From Dimorphilus gyrociliatus (lineage: Eukaryota > Animalia > Annelida): a stretch of DNA of 64,000 bases. A model generated the notes under the pieces. The model searched no databases. It saw only the letters and a list, made by a program, of their open reading frames with translations, and was not told where the DNA came from. Position numbers and translations under genes: made by a program. The stretch lies in NCBI GenBank assembly GCA_904063045.1, contig CAJFCJ010000083.1:12681-76680 (forward strand), given 5' to 3'. Of this stretch, positions 50,601 through 63,230 are shown in pieces (position 1 is the stretch's first letter; every line of letters starts with the position of its first letter).

Positions 50601-52780
50601 TAGTATTGATGATTAGAGATTCTACAAGTCTTGCCTCATCTCTATGAGAAACACCAACCAATTTATTCTCACAAACACTGATACTTTTAGTATAAGATAT
50701 AGGCTTATTAAATTTGCAAACATAGTAACAACTATTCATATATATAAATTTTTCTAGACAGTTTCCAACACTCTTTGAACAATCCTTGGAATTGAACATT
50801 ACATAATGTACATTCATAAAGCTAGATAATAAACGTACTATTATAACTAGATTTCGTTTTACTGCACATCAATTGAATACTCGAAATATGAAATCTACTC
50901 AACCATTCTTCCATGAAATGTTCAATTCTACACTTTTCAAAAGATTTGGCAAGCGTGCAATTAATTACAAAAAAGGCAAAATTTTTGTGTTTATTTTCCT
51001 TGAATAGATGAATTACACCGGCAGAAAAACCAAAATATTTGCAAGCCATTTACACTTGTTCGTAATCAAATTCAAAATACGAAGCTGGATACCAATAGTC
51101 ATTGTAGAATATTTCAATCATTCCAGTATATTTACTGCCATCGTCTATAACTGAACTATCTTTTACAATCTTCTCATTATTCTTTAATCTTGTCACAAAA
51201 TCTTTTACTTGAGGTAATCGCTTATTACCGTCCAATAGAAAATGTCTGTTGATAGACTGTTTTAAGCATTGAATACCAAGAATTTGATGGTCAAAATAGC
51301 TATATCTCTTTTTCATTAATAGACACTCTGAGAGAGCTTGTTCATCTTTAAAGCATCTATAAACGCACGCTTGTTTCTCGTAGCTAGCGTCCCAATATTT
51401 GTAGGCCTTAAATAGGATAGACTTTGGAAAAGATTGAAAGTTATCAGCAAGTTTTGTATTGCAAAGGATTTTATAAGTTATTATCTGCTCTTCCAGAGAA
51501 TGAAATTCAAACAGTAAAGGTAGAAATTTTCCATTTATATATCTACCACTAATTAAATGTTCCATACTGAATTGAATTGAATTTTCCAATTTTTTGATAT
51601 TTTCAAAATATATTCCACCATTAAAAGTATTTTTAAATTGAACATTTTTATTCAAACATATAGACTTTGAACATAATTTTAACTTTGAAATTTCACGCAT
51701 GTCAGGCGGTTTTACTTTATTGATAAATATGTAAACATTTGGGCAAAACGTTATGTCTAATTTTGGCAGTAAACAATAAATTTGGTTTTTATTCAATATA
51801 CGTTTGTATACTATTTGATTATTGACTGAAGAATCCATGAAAAAATCTGTAGAATAATTAGCAGCCAGTAAATGAATTTGTCTTTCACCCAGAAATCATC
51901 ACTATGTTTTTTACTTACATGGCTTTTTGGAAAGGAAGCATTTAATAGATTTAGCCTGGAAATCTTTAACTTCCAGTGTATAATCTACTAAAGGGATAAA
52001 AGTACAATCAACGCTTGTACAGGTCATTGAACAGTAACTTTTGTTGTCCTTTTTTAAGGACTGTTTAATATCATTTCTGTAATGATCAAAGCGTGTTGAG
52101 TTCAGAGTGCGACAGATAATCTCTCTCTCATAATTAGTTTCCGGTTGTAGTAGACAGTTAGTTCTTTCTTCATTCAGATAAGATCCAACTTGTCCAAAGC
52201 AGTAGTTGTCATTACATTCTTTATTATCAAAATCAAAGAAAAATTGCATATTTTTCTGTCTTATTGACTATTCAAAATATTCAAAATACTAATTGAAATT
52301 TTAAAAAAATGCAAGCGAAAAAGGAACAAAAATTCCTACTTTTGGTTTCAAAGATGACGAACAATGAAAAAATTGAATAAAAGCAAACACGAAAAAATTC
52401 ATAGTTTATTTTAAATAAAATGGAAAAGAAAGAGACGGTTTTTATGTTGAATGAAGAAAATCAATGTTTAATTAATTCAAATGGAAGAAAGAGCATAAAT
52501 AATAAAAATATTACATTTGAAACAAGTTCTATTCAATAAAAATATTGAATTCATTTAGGAATTTTGTCATTTATTAAAACGCCTAATTCCATTATATTCT
52601 CCTTCTTGTCGTGCTCATTTATTATATTTCCTAGTTGAAGAGTTTTTGGATTTTTCTATTGTGAGAGAAGAAAGAAAGAAATTGAAATCATTCATTCATA
52701 TTTTACTTACAAAGTACACATTAATTAAACCCGAAAGAAAAAAATCTATATCATGAATATTGTTTACAAAGCTACACACT
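47700..52780 (-). CDS. Receptor C: SRCR-like, CTL, LDLa, LRR (GRL101-like); 7TM part obscured at the gap
   Basis: YTGMIEIFYNDYW...ACKYFGF...INC...CRI (SRCR). CLEKFIYMNSCYY...SISVC (CTL). LDLa at 49751-50000 and 48860-49030. LRRs in 47801-48856 ending KFCCF...NSCNQLL, the hinge preceding TM1. Confidence 0.8.
47808..47817. other. Assembly gap (10 N)
   Basis: Run of n in the sequence. Confidence 0.99.
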
Positions 52781-53279
52781 CTTCTACTGTAAAGAAGAGC
52801 ATCTTTAACATTCTTCGTCATTCCTCTCTTCATTCTATCTCTCCCTCCCGATTGAATACTCAATAATCTCCTTACAACTGAAACAGTCTGAGTGAAGAAT
52901 TTCAGGCAAAGAGAGATATTTAAAATTAAAAAACACTTTACCTGGGAAGATTTCATCTTTATAAATTTTTGAGGATTCTTTCCTGCTGAAAAAGATTTTA
53001 CTATTTGTAAACATGAAATAGGCCCATTTAAAAGTTATTTAACCTATTTCCGTTAAATAAGTTTCTACTTCTCCAATGTGGCAGAAAGCCAACCAATAAG
53101 AAATTAGATAGGATTAAAATCATAAACAATTTGAATAACAAAGTAGTTGATATTTTCGAATACAATGCGAAGCTAATCCAAAAAAAGTGCCCAAAGAACA
53201 TTAACGATCAATTTGAAAATAATCTGTTTGTCGACTATGATGACAAGATAGAGATAAATGTTGAAAATTGCAGTTACTA

Positions 53280-56200
53280 CTGAAAGCATCTATACTCTCC
53301 AAATTGGCAGGGTATCTCTAATTTACAATTAAAGTTGTTACCAGGCGACACTTTTAAAGGTTTCTCTTCTAATTGTCCAAAAGTATTGTAAATCACAGAA
53401 CAACTTTTACTGTTTGAAAAAACTGGTTATTAAATTGTTTTAAACAAAAGTTTGTTTACTTTTTCAAAGGTTTGTTGTTATATAATACCTTGTTTGTTGT
53501 TTGTAGAAAACTCCTTCCTAATCTATTTTTATCAAGCTCTTTGGAATTTTTGATGGTTATGTTATCAATTTTTTTCATCATATTCTTAAATATTCAAACA
53601 AACCTCCATCTGTTAATTATTTAACACTTCAAATATTATTCAAGCAGAAAGAAAGTCATTACCTTCGTTCAGTTTATCGCTGAAATTGAGGCAGTGGCGG
53701 ATATTGTCACTCGCTTGATCAACGTTTATACACTGTTTATTGCCACATGATCTGGAGTGGGAAGTAAAGATTTGATAAAGACAAGAACTAGTGTTAAAGA
53801 AAGTACAATGAAGCACAAACATTTCATGAGTAGAGCACTATCGATACGCTTGAACAGTAGGGCAAGAGATAAATATTGATGAATTTTAGTGTTCCTAAAT
53901 CCCTATATCTAATCCTAACAACCTTAGATAATTTTACTTACAGCAGCCATTTTCATCCATCTTATTAGAGCAATCATAAATAAAATCGCAAACAAGATTT
54001 GCATTGATTCTTTCGTTTTCGCTACAAAAATATATAAGAGTGCCATAGCAGTCTTCTTCATCAGAGCCATTCAAACAGTCTGCTCTTCCATTTTTTCTTT
54101 TATGAATACAAATATTCTCCGCTGAGCAGAGATATCCATTCTCTTTACACTTAATTGTTTCATTCATCGATAATATTTTATTCAAGTTTATTGGCGGAGC
54201 TAAGAATACAAGAAACAAAATAACAACTTGAGAATTCCATTTCAATTCATTATTTAATAAAAATGGTGCATACGTTTCAGTGTTTTTTGGCACAATATTT
54301 GTTTTTTTCTAGTAAAATTGCGCAATTTTTAGATTGGAGAAAGAATCTCTTAAGTTCATGAGATTCTAACGCAAATTTTATTGTAAAGCATAAATCGCTA
54401 CCAATTATTTAATTGTTGTTTTTCTCCCATTTTCTTATTAAAACTATTAAAAACAATATCAAATTAGGTTTCAAAATTAACCCATTATTTAGCTTTTTAA
54501 CTGATAATCTAAATCCAATAATCTAATAGGATAGTCCCTGAAATTCACTATATTCAAATCTTTAAATATTTCTTTTAGTCTTAAAACTGATTGATGAAAA
54601 AAGTATGGATTAAGGGGAAATCAAGATAGCGGATTTAAAGATACTTATTGGTAAACTATTTTCTAAAGTTTGTCCTCTTTTATAAGCCACATTTGTAATG
54701 TTTTCCATGAGATAGTACAATTGATAATTATCCATTGGACTAATAATTTCTAAATTGTATCTAGAGCAATACTCTTTCCATTCACTTCCGCTTAAAATAG
54801 ACAATTTGTTTGGAAAATAATAATAACAAACATTTTCAAATGTTCCCAAACTGATGCCATTTTTTATTCTATGCACTCTACAACAAGGAGTACAAGCTTT
54901 AATGTAAAGTATCCAAAACTTAGACACGCCTATTTACCTGTGGTATTTTCCATTGTGCAATGAATTTCTACTTCATAAAACTCCTCTTTCAATAAGGTCG
55001 GTCGAGAAGTTTCAATATTTCGACACAAATCCAAAGAATTTACTAAGTAAGGACAAACTAAAACGGTTGCAACTAAAGCAACTGTGGGTCGTCTGTCGTA
55101 TGATGTCACAATCTCTCCATTCTTATATCCAAAATGGTGGCAAGCAACCTAAAAGTAAAAAGTAAAAAACGAAGAATATTAGAAAAATCTTTGTCGCAAA
55201 AGATAGGATAAGAAAGAAAAGACATTAACTTCAAGCTTTCTAAAGTTCCTACTAGAAACGGGATTCCAGTGAGAAACATATTTATAAGTTTCTAAAATTC
55301 CTCTCTTCTCTGCCGTTCTTTCAGGGCTGGCATTCCTCAGTCTGTAGAAACCTTCTACAAATTCAAGTATTCTATTGTTATTTTTGTTGTTTTTTGAACA
55401 TTGAGACAAACTTTTTAAATATTTGGAACTGCCAAATAAATCAACTTCCACCGTATTTCAACATTTTAAAAGCCATACTTTATTCAATTTCTTAAAAGTA
55501 ACGATACAATTTATCTTATTTGAAATGAGTCGCTGAAAGCAATCGTACCCTTGAACATTTGAATGATATGAATCTAGAAAGAGTTCAACCAGCTGTCTAT
55601 TATAAAAGTGTGTGCCATGTTCAACATTTGGCATTAGGGACAGTTTATAGCAAATATTTCTCACGTACAAATTATATTCTATAGTTTCCAATTTCAAGAA
55701 ATTATCACTAACGGGAACTTTTGTACAGTCAGCTGAGCAGTCTACATCCTCTCCCATCAACTCAGCATCTTCTACTTTGGAAAATGTATGGGTGCCATTT
55801 TTAAATAAGACCATTTTATTATTTATGTCAATTCGATCATTATCATCCATTTGGTATTCATTGGTTAAGTTATAGACATTTTTGCAAGAGTCGCAAACGT
55901 TGGTAAGAAGAATCCTGTAAACAGAACCTGTAGGAAATTCTATTCACTCTTCCATACATTATAGCGTTCATGTGTCTCCTATTAATTTCTCTATAAACAT
56001 AGACATCTAAACAAATAAATGACCAAAAAGCAGAATAATTAATTGAAACTAAGGCTAAAAGATCAATAAAAATATGCATGTTTTTACATTCAACGTCACT
56101 TTTTATGCATGAAATTATGAAATAATTAGAATGAATTGAATATTTTCTGTAAAATTTACACTTCAAGTTATCCACACACTGAATTTTTACTGATAAATTA

Positions 56201-56575
56201 TCATTATGTAATTTATTGGAATTGTAATTTTCCTCTGTTCAAAATTTAGGTCAAATTAATAAAAAAAAATGTTATAATTATTCCAATACGGTATCTAAAG
56301 CCAACTGAAATGAAATGATCAAATCCTAATCGTCTGCATAGGAATGACACAGCATTTCTATTCATTCTGTCATTGTTATCAATAGAAATCCAATGAGTTT
56401 TATTCATATAGGAAACATGGGGAAAACCACGACAAATGTGCTTTGTACATTTGTGTGAATTTTCACCAAATTTTAACGTTGTTATATCAATATTCAGTTG
56501 AGATTCTAGAAACATTCCATCAATTTTTTTCAATTGATATAAGAAAATCAAAGAGAATTGAAAATTACACAGCAT
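53280..56575 (-). pseudogene. Receptor paralog D: SRCR-like, CTL, LDLa; ends in stops before any LRR or 7TM
   Basis: FLCRRLGFDHF (SRCR-like). GTFENVCYY...WKEYC (CTL). The LDLa pair in 53934-54293 parallels those of A/B/C. PCQFGEYRCFQ is followed by TAG TAA at ~53280-53300. Confidence 0.65.
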
Positions 56576-57779
56576 TTTGCAAGATCTTTCTCTCTCTCTC
56601 TGTCAATTTAATTTAACAATCGTGGCCAATCATTAGAAAAAATTTGTATTCATCACGTGAGTCCTTATACAATACCCTATAGATCTGTTATTACAAAAAC
56701 TAGACAATGGCAAAATTAATCTAAAAAGACTGAATGTAACTGGAATATATATGCAATAACTGTATTTGAATAGGAATACCTATTAGCGATATTTACATTT
56801 TTAATAATGATTCTGAATTAGCCTAAAAATTTTGTTACAAACATTTGTAAATTGAACTATTTGGTAATATTTTATAAGTTTTTGAATTCTTTGTAATTGC
56901 TTAAAGTCCTTCAAAAGAGCCCTTCAACTTTACAGATTGACTCTTTTTGGACATTTCTGGGCAGAGAGAGATATGATAAGTGCTGTCGAGTTCAAAGACA
57001 TTTTCATTTTTTTACCTTCATCAACTGAGAATGAAAATTACTTTTGTGTTCAAAATCTTTTCACCAACCTGTTGCCCTAATAATTTTACATGGCGACGAC
57101 GAACATTTCTTCGGCACCATCCAATTCTCCCCAAATCAATATTACTCACGACAAATTTAAAAAACAATTTTACTATTTTCTTACGATTTTCATACTTTAT
57201 TGTTTCTGTACTCATTACGTAATAATTGCAGGCATGAAACTTTACATTTTAGGAAGAGATTTTTAAATATTTCGCAATTATTTCATTCTGACATAAAAAT
57301 TGAAAGAATTTTTGATTTGTTATTATAAAATTTCTGTTAGCAATTATGCACAGTATCTGAATATCTTCAGTCACACCTAATATGCTTAGAGTAGACGATT
57401 AAAAATTTGCAGTTTTAATTAGAGAAAATCCGACAGCAATAAATCCATGTTAAACTGGTAATTTTATAAAAACTTCTCTAGTAGCATCGCCACAAAATGA
57501 ATTCGGATACATTTGTAAAGTGCTAACAGATTATCCAATTCTTGCATTAGCATAATTACCAAAACTGGTAGTAATTTCAGACTGTTTTTTTATCAAGAAT
57601 ATATGCTTAGCACAATTCTATTATATTATTACCACCGATTTTATAGAATGACACTGTAGCACCAGAAATTTTGCAATAATACATCAACTATTCAACTTCC
57701 TGTTTAGTCTTCAAAGTTTTCCTTGGAGATTCCTCAGTAGAATTTTCAATACTTACTTGTTAAGCCTCTTAATTTTCTT

Positions 57780-58300
57780 CAAGAATTTAGAGAAGGAATG
57801 TAATGCAGCAACGATGTATTAAATTCTTGAATTTTACCTTTGTTAAGAGGAAGAGGGAGTAGAGCAAGAACATGAAGTATTTCATCGACATTGTCCAAGT
57901 ATCTTGGTTCAAAATTGCTCATTGTTAAAGTTCCACTGTAAGAAACAGCAAAATCTCTTCTATTGCTTGTGATATCATCAATAACCTTAATGCGTTATAC
58001 ATCCACCTCCAATATAGTAGGAAATATTGTACTGTTACCCAGTTTGTCACTTTTAATAATTGTCAGTAATGAAGGTTCGGGATTGGGAATTTCTTATTCA
58101 AAGACTTCAACCTCAAGAAATGACTGGTGACTAAAACTTCATTCTTGTATAAAATGTAACAAAACGGCTAATAGGGAGCGGTTGTTATAGTTCCAAATTT
58201 GATACTTATATATTCCAGTGCTACCAAAACTAGTAAAGCTAAACGGCTGATAGGCATATCTGAATCATTCAACATCAATCCCCTCCAAAAACTTGCAAAT
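57780..58300 (-). pseudogene. Possible degenerate cadherin-like fragment
   Basis: FAVSYSGTLTMSNFEPRYLDNVDEILHVLA weakly resembles F.I....G.L.....LD.E...L.V.A; several stops. Confidence 0.25.
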
Positions 58301-58679
58301 CTATCTAAATTCAAAAAATGGAACAAATTAAAGATTATTAAATTTCCAGAAACAATTTTTATTTGCGCTTAGAGTAGCCATTTTTAATATTCTATATTTT
58401 TCTTATCATATCAATCATTGTCCAGGGAGATAGACCTGTCTTTGATTTGAAAGTTGTTGAATAATCTCCATCTGTTGATTGAAAGGGAAATTTGTCTTCA
58501 AAGAACGATAACCAAGCTGTTTTTTTCACCTGAGTATTAGCATTAAAAAAATCTAAAGGCCTTAGATAGTATCCAAATATGACTATTTCTGCCAAGTTAA
58601 GAACATCTTTGTGCATTTTCGAACTAAAGAAGGCATATTGACCTTGAACACCGTCAATAGGACATAAAAGACTTTGAAT

Positions 58680-58882
58680 GAATGCGACAGAAAACGGACC
58701 CAAAAGCATGGTTTTACCCAACCCTAAACCATCCCTTATATCCCTAATCTTTTTCATTGCCCTAACCCTTAGAAGGGCCCCACCTAACTAGAACTCAATC
58801 AATGCTTTTTTCCTCCTAACCATTTCTCAACCCTAAAAGCTGCCTTCAAATATCATACTTGGGGCCGTTTTCTGTTGATCCC
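58680..58882. mobile_element. MITE copy c (203 bp), 9-bp TSD ACTTTGAAT
   Basis: Ends GAATGCGACAGAAAACGG and CCGTTTTCTGTTGATCCC. Perfect TSD at 58671-58679 and 58883-58891. Closely similar to copy b. Confidence 0.95.
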
Positions 58883-59218
58883 ACTTTGAATAGTTTCATT
58901 CGAGTTTAGCATATTGTCCAAACAGTTCCATAGTAATTATATTTAGTTGAATTATAAAGCAGATATGTCAATTCAATGACTAAATTGAGAAGATTTAATT
59001 CAAATTATGTTTGAGAAAACTCTAGATCAAAAACATTGTAATCTGATAAAAGATTAATTGCAACCCAATCACAACTTCCAACAGTTAGCTTTGTATTACT
59101 GTTGGATAATCCATCACTTAAAAGAGATAAAGAATGGATGAAATAATTAGAGAAAACTGGTTTTCCTCCTGCAATATTATCAATGAGAGACGAAATAAAG
59201 AAAACTTTAGAAATAGAT

Positions 59219-60330
59219 TTAATAATTAGAAATATTTGTATTATTTTTTTTACAAGAAAACACTTCTATTTCGCATAATTGTAGAACATTATTCAATTTT
59301 TGCTCAAAATTTATGATGGTAGTTGAAATTTGCTTGAAAAATATGCAGACAACTTTTGTTAATGAATTATTTTTAACTTGAACGTCGTCGGCGCAAGTAT
59401 TCATTTTTGACGGTAAATAGATAATTAATAACTAATTAACTAGAAAAAAAAACAAATCAACAAAACTATACTTATTATGTTTGATTTTACCTTTTTTATT
59501 TGAAGGCCACAGGATAATTTTATTAACAAATGTTTCAATAAATAGACAGAGAAATTGAAGTTGGTTTATCTTCTCAACTTAATTCTGTGCAAGAACCAAG
59601 TATCATTGTGATACTGTCCATCAATAACATGTTTTGGATGTTGATATGGACTGTCAAATATTCCAGAAAAATTACTAATTGTGACTCTTTCTACTTTTAA
59701 TTCTTGGTCTTAACTTGACCAAAACAAACCAACTTATAGAATCTTTCTTTTATATTCTGTTCAAACTTCTTTTTGGAAAATTTGTTTTAATAATCTATAA
59801 GTTGTTAAATATTCATTGATACGTGATTGGTGCTAGACTGAAATTCTTCTGCAAAGTAACCACTCTGGTTCCATATTAAGTTAAAACAATGCTGCAATAG
59901 AGGAAATAAATTCCAATTTGAACCACAAACTCCTAGAATTTTACCTAGAAAGAGAAGTCAATGATATGTAAACTATGGACATAATTCAATAATGACCAAA
60001 ATGGCTTCCTACCTTCCCGAATAATTTATGAAGATGAAGAAAATTTCACCAATGGCAATTTAATTTCTTTGCAATGATTACAATTCGAAACTTTTCGAAA
60101 AATTAAAACAATTCCGAATGAAATTCCAGCACAATCGTAATCCGTAGCAGATAAGCAATCTTTAAAACATTCGTCAATTGGTGCAGTATAAGATTTTGTT
60201 GGGCTAATGTCCACAACCCCTTCTATTCCTCACATGGAAAAATTTTACTTTGATTTCAAGAAAAAGAAATTGGCTCAATCATCCTACTATCTTTGCACAT
60301 TTGTTGACTGTATTCAAACTCACAAACACG
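59219..60330 (-). CDS. PAN/apple plus fucolectin (FTP)-like gene or pseudogene
   Basis: IDECFKDCLSATDYDCAGISF (PAN). PKHVIDG..H (FTP N-part, ~59590-59660). VLQLCEIEVF (FTP C-terminus). Exon structure not fully resolved. Confidence 0.55.
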
Positions 60331-61198
60331 AGTATCATTTACACAGTTTTCACAATTTAAACAGTCATCAGCGCTTAAACATTTACTGCCTGTAACAATG
60401 GCAAACATTAAGTTATTACGTTACAAACCAAGCTGTAAAAACAATTAGTATACCTGAATTTAGAACCCTCCAAAAGTGGATAAAAATATTAAAAGAGCAG
60501 TTAATTATATCATTGTTGAAAATGAAGTGGTTTCTTTTCTTACTTTTAGAAACAAATTAGCGATTTATATTCATTCGGTTAAAAAATTCTTAACAGTGTC
60601 AATGTGTTATTATACTATGGACGAAAAAAAGCATACATACATAATGTTTCATTTTTAATGATCTCTCAACCTAATAACACTGTGATTAAAGAGAATAAGA
60701 CCTTCATACGTTTTCCTTTGTCAATAAATTATTATTCACAGAGAAAAATTTGTATTCAAGTTGTTACTTTGAAAATAATTCGTCATTTCGACGCCACTGT
60801 CAGTGGTCTTTGCCTGACTTGCTCAATATTCCTTATTTGTTTCAATACATAAAAAGAACAAAGTTCATATTGAAACCAGCGTCATCTAATGATTGATTGG
60901 CGAAAAAACTAGGAAATATTTGGATGACAAAGCGAAGTATTATTGCAATTTTCTTGAATACTCTGAAATATGTTTCTGCCAATTTCTTCTATGTAAATAA
61001 TTTTCAGAAGGTCAAAGATTTTAAGATTTCGCCTGAATGAGAATGAAGCCAGTGACAGATACAAAAACTTTAAAACTGTGTACATTGTTTAGGTGTAGTG
61101 ATAGTATATTGTGATTTTGTAGCAATTTAACAAACAAATCGTTATCCCCTTCTCTGTGTGAAAAGGAAAACTGAAATGCCATCCTACAATAATATATT

Positions 61199-62122
61199 CT
61201 AGGAAGCAATCTTCTCAAAGAGATACCTGTAGAATTTCTTTGTTTGAAGTCTTACAGATGATTTTGTATAGCCGTGAACAAGAGCATTTATTGTTGCATT
61301 TGAAAGAATGAGCGTTGTGAGTGAATCGGTAATTAATTCAAAAGTATGATCTGAAAGAGCAAACTTTTCCTTGATTTTATAATAATAGCAAAAAGTGATT
61401 ACAGACGGTAAAACCCAAAAGAAACAATTGACTATTAATAGACTGGTTAACACTCGAATACTACTTCCTTTAGATTCCGAATTCATAGGACCAGTTGCAT
61501 CAAATATTACTTTTCTATGTTTCCTTATTGCTCTTACTACTGGAATGTATAATACCAAACAAATAAAAGCGTTTGGTAAAACAGTAGTAAATGACCAAAA
61601 GCACATGTAGGAAAAAGGAAAAATATTGAGGGTATAGCATTGAAAAGTTATGTTCTCTTGCACAATATCTTCGTAATTATTCCAACCCAAAGCCGGTATA
61701 AAACAGATAACAAAGCTGACCAGCCATATTAAAGAAAGCAGGATAAAAGCTCGCTTCATTGTCCAAATTTTATAAAATGTTAAGGGCTTTACAACTGCCA
61801 TAAATTTTTCAAATGTTATTAGTGTCAAGGTGAAGGATGATACTGCAACTATCAGAAAAGTAAATTGAAATGCAAACAGGCAGCTGTAATAGCTTATGCC
61901 CTTGTTATGAAGAGGAATGAAAAGTAAGAAAGTTATAGAGTAAAATACATCTGTAAAGGTGAGTGCTGTCACTCCAAATGTATGTAATTTCCATAAATCC
62001 TTATTAATTAAATGAATAATGATTAAATTACTGTTCAAAAGTAGACCCACAACTTGAATACAGAACGAAACAGCAGATATATAGATACTGGCCAATGCCA
62101 TATTTACAGTGCAGATATTCAT
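61199..62122 (-). CDS. Intronless rhodopsin-family (class A) GPCR, orphan
   Basis: 307 aa with 7 hydrophobic segments; TM1 GxxxN, TM2 LxxxD, TM3 Cys with EKF in place of DRY, TM4 W...P.LGWN, TM6 FFWxLP, TM7 NAxxHGY. Confidence 0.88.
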   Translation of the reverse strand: MNICTVNMALASIYISAVSFCIQVVGLLLNSNLIIIHLINKDLWKLHTFGVTALTFTDVFYSITFLLFIPLHNKGISYYSCLFAFQFTFLIVAVSSFTLTLITFEKFMAVVKPLTFYKIWTMKRAFILLSLIWLVSFVICFIPALGWNNYEDIVQENITFQCYTLNIFPFSYMCFWSFTTVLPNAFICLVLYIPVVRAIRKHRKVIFDATGPMNSESKGSSIRVLTSLLIVNCFFWVLPSVITFCYYYKIKEKFALSDHTFELITDSLTTLILSNATINALVHGYTKSSVRLQTKKFYRYLFEKIAS

Positions 62123-62136
62123 CTAATAGATATAAA

Positions 62137-62430
62137 TTAAAAGAAAAGTTGATTTGTTATGTAAATCAATAACACCATTCCACGATCAGAAAAATACATG
62201 AATTTATCATGACTGTATGCTGTTCCAAACAATGTAAATCTTATTGTAAGTTTTCTACAAAGCTTTTCAGACCTAGAGAGTGATATCATTGATTCATATA
62301 TATTTAATGAGTCGTAAACAATTGTCAACTCTTTCTTTCTAAAGGCGTCAATTTTCGTGTCTATATACCATGCTTTTATATTTACCTGATAGTAATTAGT
62401 AACAGGATTTTCATTCTTTCCTACCAACAA
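62137..62430 (-). CDS. Possible CUB-like exon
   Basis: I.AWYID...D...LT.VYDS...EKLC...MYFSD weakly resembles the CUB pattern. Confidence 0.25.
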   Translation of the reverse strand: MLVGKNENPVTNYYQVNIKAWYIDTKIDAFRKKELTIVYDSLNIYESMISLSRSEKLCRKLTIRFTLFGTAYSHDKFMYFSDRGMVLLIYITNQLFF

Positions 62431-62919
62431 TTATCAATTGAATGCTGGAGAAAGCATTGAATCTTTTGACTTTTTACCTTAATGCTGCCATGTTAAGAGC
62501 TGGTATGTGTTCTATGGAATCTAATATTCAATTTAGCCTTTATAATCTAAAAGTAACAAAGCTGCAACTTTCCTAATTGACTCCTTTTGACCAATAAGAG
62601 AGAAACAGTCGATATCATATGAGGGTTTACTACAATGATAATGGACCTAGTGAAAGAAACAATGTCTAATACTCAATGTTGTACGGTTGGGCATAATCAC
62701 AAGAACGATAAGCATACTGCTTCTGCTCAAACCAAATTTTCTAATACAATTCTACCGTATTAAAAACAAAGGAAATAGAAAATTATATGATTGTATGTAG
62801 TGTTTAATTAATATTGAGCAACTATAATACTCAATTTTCTGCTCAGATATCATTGTCACTATTGAAAATACTTCAATAAGCAATATAAAAATTTACTCTG
62901 TGAAGGATACATTTCTGTA

Positions 62920-63061
62920 GGGGTCGACAAAAAACGTCCACAAATGATAAATTTCAAGACAAGATTTTCGATTGAGAAATCGTTAGTAAGAAGAAGACAG
63001 CAACTGATTTGTACTTAGGAGGATCTCCTTTAAGGGTTAGGGGTAATGCAAAAGGTTAGGT
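62920..63061. mobile_element. Truncated MITE copy (left end)
   Basis: GGGGTCGACAAAAAACGTCC...TAAGGGTTAGGGGTAAT...GGTTAGG aligns to copy a. Confidence 0.75.
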
Positions 63062-63124
63062 ACAGGTTAACGTTCTGTTGATTCATTTTTCAAATATCAG
63101 TTTGTTTTTGTTTTTCGACAATTT

Positions 63125-63230
63125 ATTAGATCTTGCACAAATTTTCAATGTATTAAAGAAAATCAAGTATGTAATAACCAAAGAAATTGTTTCGATTCCA
63201 GTGATGAATTATGTCGGAATGAAGAAGCAA
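63125..63230 (+). pseudogene. Isolated LDLa exon
   Basis: SCTNFQCIKENQVCNNQRNCFDSSDELC. Confidence 0.6.

Noticed and set aside
52696-52956. ORF with RMKR and RR dibasic sites, suggesting a neuropeptide precursor
   Set aside because: No signal peptide. It spans splice signals (AG at ~52787, GTAAGT at ~52709) and is better explained as intron plus an exon of receptor C.
57089-57830. Hydrophobic + strand segments suggesting a decayed 7TM gene
   Set aside because: No consistent frame or class-defining motif.
58392-58757. 121-aa ORF that appears to capture a MITE
   Set aside because: Its N-terminus is just MITE sequence read through from copy c; there is no evidence of expression or a coherent domain.
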